Of a stretch of DNA of 64,000 nucleotides, positions 61,554 through 64,000 are shown in pieces. The translations under genes and the position numbers were made by a program. The stretch lies in NCBI GenBank assembly GCA_023138875.1, contig JAGLOO010000064.1:9196-73195 (forward strand). Direction: 5' to 3'. The first letter of the stretch is position 1. Every line of letters begins with the position of its first letter. The stretch comes from Bacteroidales bacterium. Its GTDB lineage: Bacteria > Bacteroidota > Bacteroidia > Bacteroidales > GCA-2748055. The notes beneath the pieces are model-generated. The model saw only the letters and a list, made by a program, of their open reading frames with translations, did not search any database and was not told the origin of the DNA.

Positions 61554-62525
61554 ATGAAAAAATTCCGTAGCAGGTTCCTGTCAATTTCAATTACATTTTT
61601 ATTTCTGACCCTCATCCAGGCGAAGAGCCAGGATATTACTGAAGTTAACCAGGAACTCCTGGATATGAAACTGGAACTGCTGAATTCCCAAATAGAGCTA
61701 TTCAAATCACAATTAAATGTTTGGGAGACAAAACCTCTGGAACTGGAACAAAAATTGACATATGTTGACCAACGGATTGACCAACTTGATTTCGATCCGG
61801 TCTATTTAAATAACAAACTTCAGGAGATTGAATTGCTCATTAAGGACTTCAAGGTAGAAAACAAGAAGACCAAAAAAAAAGGAAATTACTCTTTTCGTCC
61901 CGATTCGGTGATCACGGTACCTTATAAAACCGCCATCGCCATCAATCCAATCCGCCTGATTGAAGGGACTTTCCATATTACCTATGAACGTGCCCTGACC
62001 CCCAAGTTGGGTCTGGGAATCTCGGGCCTCGCCACCTTTGCCACCGAAGAGGGAGTCTCTGGATTATACATGAAGAATCAAGCACTGGATTATTACAATG
62101 CAGCCCTGCAATCATCCCTCCCCTATAAAAATAATAACATTTCAGGATATGGGATCGTCCTGACCATGAAGAATTATCTGCTGACCGACGTATACAAGAA
62201 ACAGAGGTCGCCGGTGGGACTCTACGCGGCCCCCAATCTATTATTCAGAAGGCTATGGTTATCAGGTATGTCCGAGTATCATTTAGAAAATGAATTGATT
62301 GAGGAGGAGGTAACCCGGCTATTGAATATCTTTGCATTTGGTGCGCATATCGGCTGGAAATTCACCTTTGTCAAAGTCCTCTACATCGATGTATACATCG
62401 GAGGGCAGATCCGGCTGGCCAAATACGATGATGAGGACAGTTTCACCAGATACAAAAACCTGGGTAATATTGATTTTTCAGGAGTAATGCCCACTGTTGG
62501 ACTGAGCATCGGAATACTGAAGTAG
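61554..62525 (+). CDS. Hypothetical coiled-coil plus beta-barrel (DUF3575-like) protein
   Basis: Leu heptads N-terminally; AINPIRL...YER and terminal GLSIGI strand. Confidence 0.55.
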   Translation: MKKFRSRFLSISITFLFLTLIQAKSQDITEVNQELLDMKLELLNSQIELFKSQLNVWETKPLELEQKLTYVDQRIDQLDFDPVYLNNKLQEIELLIKDFKVENKKTKKKGNYSFRPDSVITVPYKTAIAINPIRLIEGTFHITYERALTPKLGLGISGLATFATEEGVSGLYMKNQALDYYNAALQSSLPYKNNNISGYGIVLTMKNYLLTDVYKKQRSPVGLYAAPNLLFRRLWLSGMSEYHLENELIEEEVTRLLNIFAFGAHIGWKFTFVKVLYIDVYIGGQIRLAKYDDEDSFTRYKNLGNIDFSGVMPTVGLSIGILK

Positions 62526-62539
62526 ATCGTATTCTTTTT

Positions 62540-63577
62540 TCAGTATTTCCCGTATGTTCTGGCAGTCTCAACCATGGCATGCAGGTTCTCATCGGGAGTA
62601 TCACGGCCGCACTGGTCCCCGGTTGAAAGGATGAACCTGCCCCCTGCGGCTGCATCATCGATGGCCTTTTTGGCTGCTTTGATGACCACATTTACATCTT
62701 TATTGAGCATCACGCCGGTGGTATGAAGGTTTCCCTTCAGAATGATCTTATTGCCATAAAGCTGCTTCAGGTCCGCAGGAATGAATATGGGTTGGAAGTC
62801 CTGCAGCGGTGGCCAGATCAATTCCCCGTTTCACTGCCGGAAATGACAGTTGTTTGAACATATCCAGGATCTGGAAAACCAGCGTCCCGGATCCCCCCAC
62901 ACAGATAAAGTCCGGCTTCACCTCCATGTCCATAATATCTTTAAACCGCCGCTCTACATTTTCAACCCGCTCCTGTGCCCACTGCTCATGTAGTTCAGGA
63001 TGATCGTAATATTCATAAATAGCCTCCACACTGGTGAGTGCCCGGGAGGATATGCTCTACACCGACCAATCCCTGATTACCCATCAAATCCCTGACCCTG
63101 CGCAGACCGGTAGGATCGGTGTCCACATCCCTCACCCCTTCCAGGGGTTCAAACTGCTTTGGTTCAGCTGGTAACCCCAATTGAATCTGGCTTTACTCCT
63201 TCTGTGGGAGGATCGGCCACATAGTACACATCCACCATCTCCCGCCAGATCCGTTTTCCATTCTCCTGGTAAGAATCCTGCACAATAATGCGTTCTTCAT
63301 TTTTGAGAACGATGAACCGCTCCCACACCGGCTCGCCGGGATCATTATCCGAGGGGTACTTCAATGGGAAATACCCATCCATTACCGCATCAATGTCAAA
63401 ATATTTTGCGGTTTCGATATAAGCTTCCCAGATGGGAGGATCGTTATACAGGTAGAGGTCCCAGAAAGGTTTTCCGGTCTGCCGTGCCGGAATCATATTT
63501 GAAAAGTCAGGGGCTACCGGGACACAGTCAGGTATCTCCCCCCTCATTACTATCTGCAGCCTTTCTCGTGAAGTCAT
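62540..63577 (-). pseudogene. Uroporphyrinogen decarboxylase/MtaA-CmuA family gene, disrupted
   Basis: MTSRER...PDCVPV, HIHSCG, KGNL, GGRFILSTGDQCGRDTPDEN in different frames; frameshifts near 63177 and 63054, apparent deletion near 62770. Confidence 0.85.
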
Positions 63578-63642
63578 GTTCTTCTATTATTTAATTCCCT
63601 GCGGGAAATTCATTGATCCCCCGTTAAAGATAATACGAAATC

Positions 63643-63696
63643 GATCACGTCGTCTTTGCCAATGATCATGATCACGTCCTCTTTGCCAATGATCAT
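63643..63696. repeat. 27-bp tandem duplication
   Basis: GATCACGTC(G/C)TCTTTGCCAATGATCAT twice, one mismatch. Confidence 0.9.
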
Positions 63697-63722
63697 GTCA
63701 CCCTGTGACTGGCTGCTAAACA

Positions 63723-64000
63723 CTATCTTCTTCTTGGCGCAGAACCAGAACGACCTGAACCAGACCTGCTGGGAGATGCAGAAGGCCTTTGGGACGGTGA
63801 TGCAGAAGGTCTCTGGTATTGATTGCTTTGTCTGTTCTGATTGTATTGCTGAGAGCGTTGAGTGCCCCTGTTCCTAGAATTATAATCCCTGTTCAGGTTG
63901 TTGGTATTGGGCGAAGGCCTGGCAGATGGCTGCGAAGGACGTGTTGTAGGGGAAGGCCTTGTTGAAGGCTGTGAAGGTCTTGTTGATGGTTCTGATGGCC
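63723..64000 (-). CDS. C-terminal Pro/Ser/Arg/Gln low-complexity tail of a protein extending beyond the window
   Basis: Open frame PSEPSTRPSQPSTRPSPTTRPSQPSARP...NRDYNSRNRGTQRSQQ...SGSAPRRR* ending TAG at 63723. Confidence 0.75.
   Translation of the reverse strand, partial: PSEPSTRPSQPSTRPSPTTRPSQPSARPSPNTNNLNRDYNSRNRGTQRSQQYNQNRQSNQYQRPSASPSQRPSASPSRSGSGRSGSAPRRR

Overview
64-kb chromosomal window from a Bacteroidota (Bacteroidales-like) bacterium, judged from TAnnTTTG -7 promoter elements, a T9SS C-terminal sorting domain, a TonB-dependent receptor and typical gene neighbourhoods. It is mostly core and envelope genes: RND efflux operon with TetR, lptF/G-GT4-GT2-ribBA-fmt, cdd, RluA-type synthase, panB, dnaK, S8-xseA-xseB, a hybrid kinase, a TPP-riboswitch-controlled TonB receptor, CCA enzyme, a sigma-54 two-component system, a MutS-like ATPase and an amino-acid symporter. 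Small accessory scars lie between them: an AT-rich AAA-ATPase/decayed ECF sigma region, a degenerate ATPase insertion flanked by a duplicated nitroreductase 3' end, a 352-bp internally deleted IS30 element and a broken URO-D-family gene. The most unusual signals are (i) three ~80-bp intergenic hairpins that differ in sequence but share one architecture with covarying stems and a CG(A/T)AG apex, (ii) a stand-alone integrase N-terminal domain, and (iii) a gene run encoding a putative tandem double beta-barrel and a GldN-like internal-repeat protein. No rRNA, tRNA, CRISPR array or intact prophage was seen. All protein assignments are by motif recognition, not database search.
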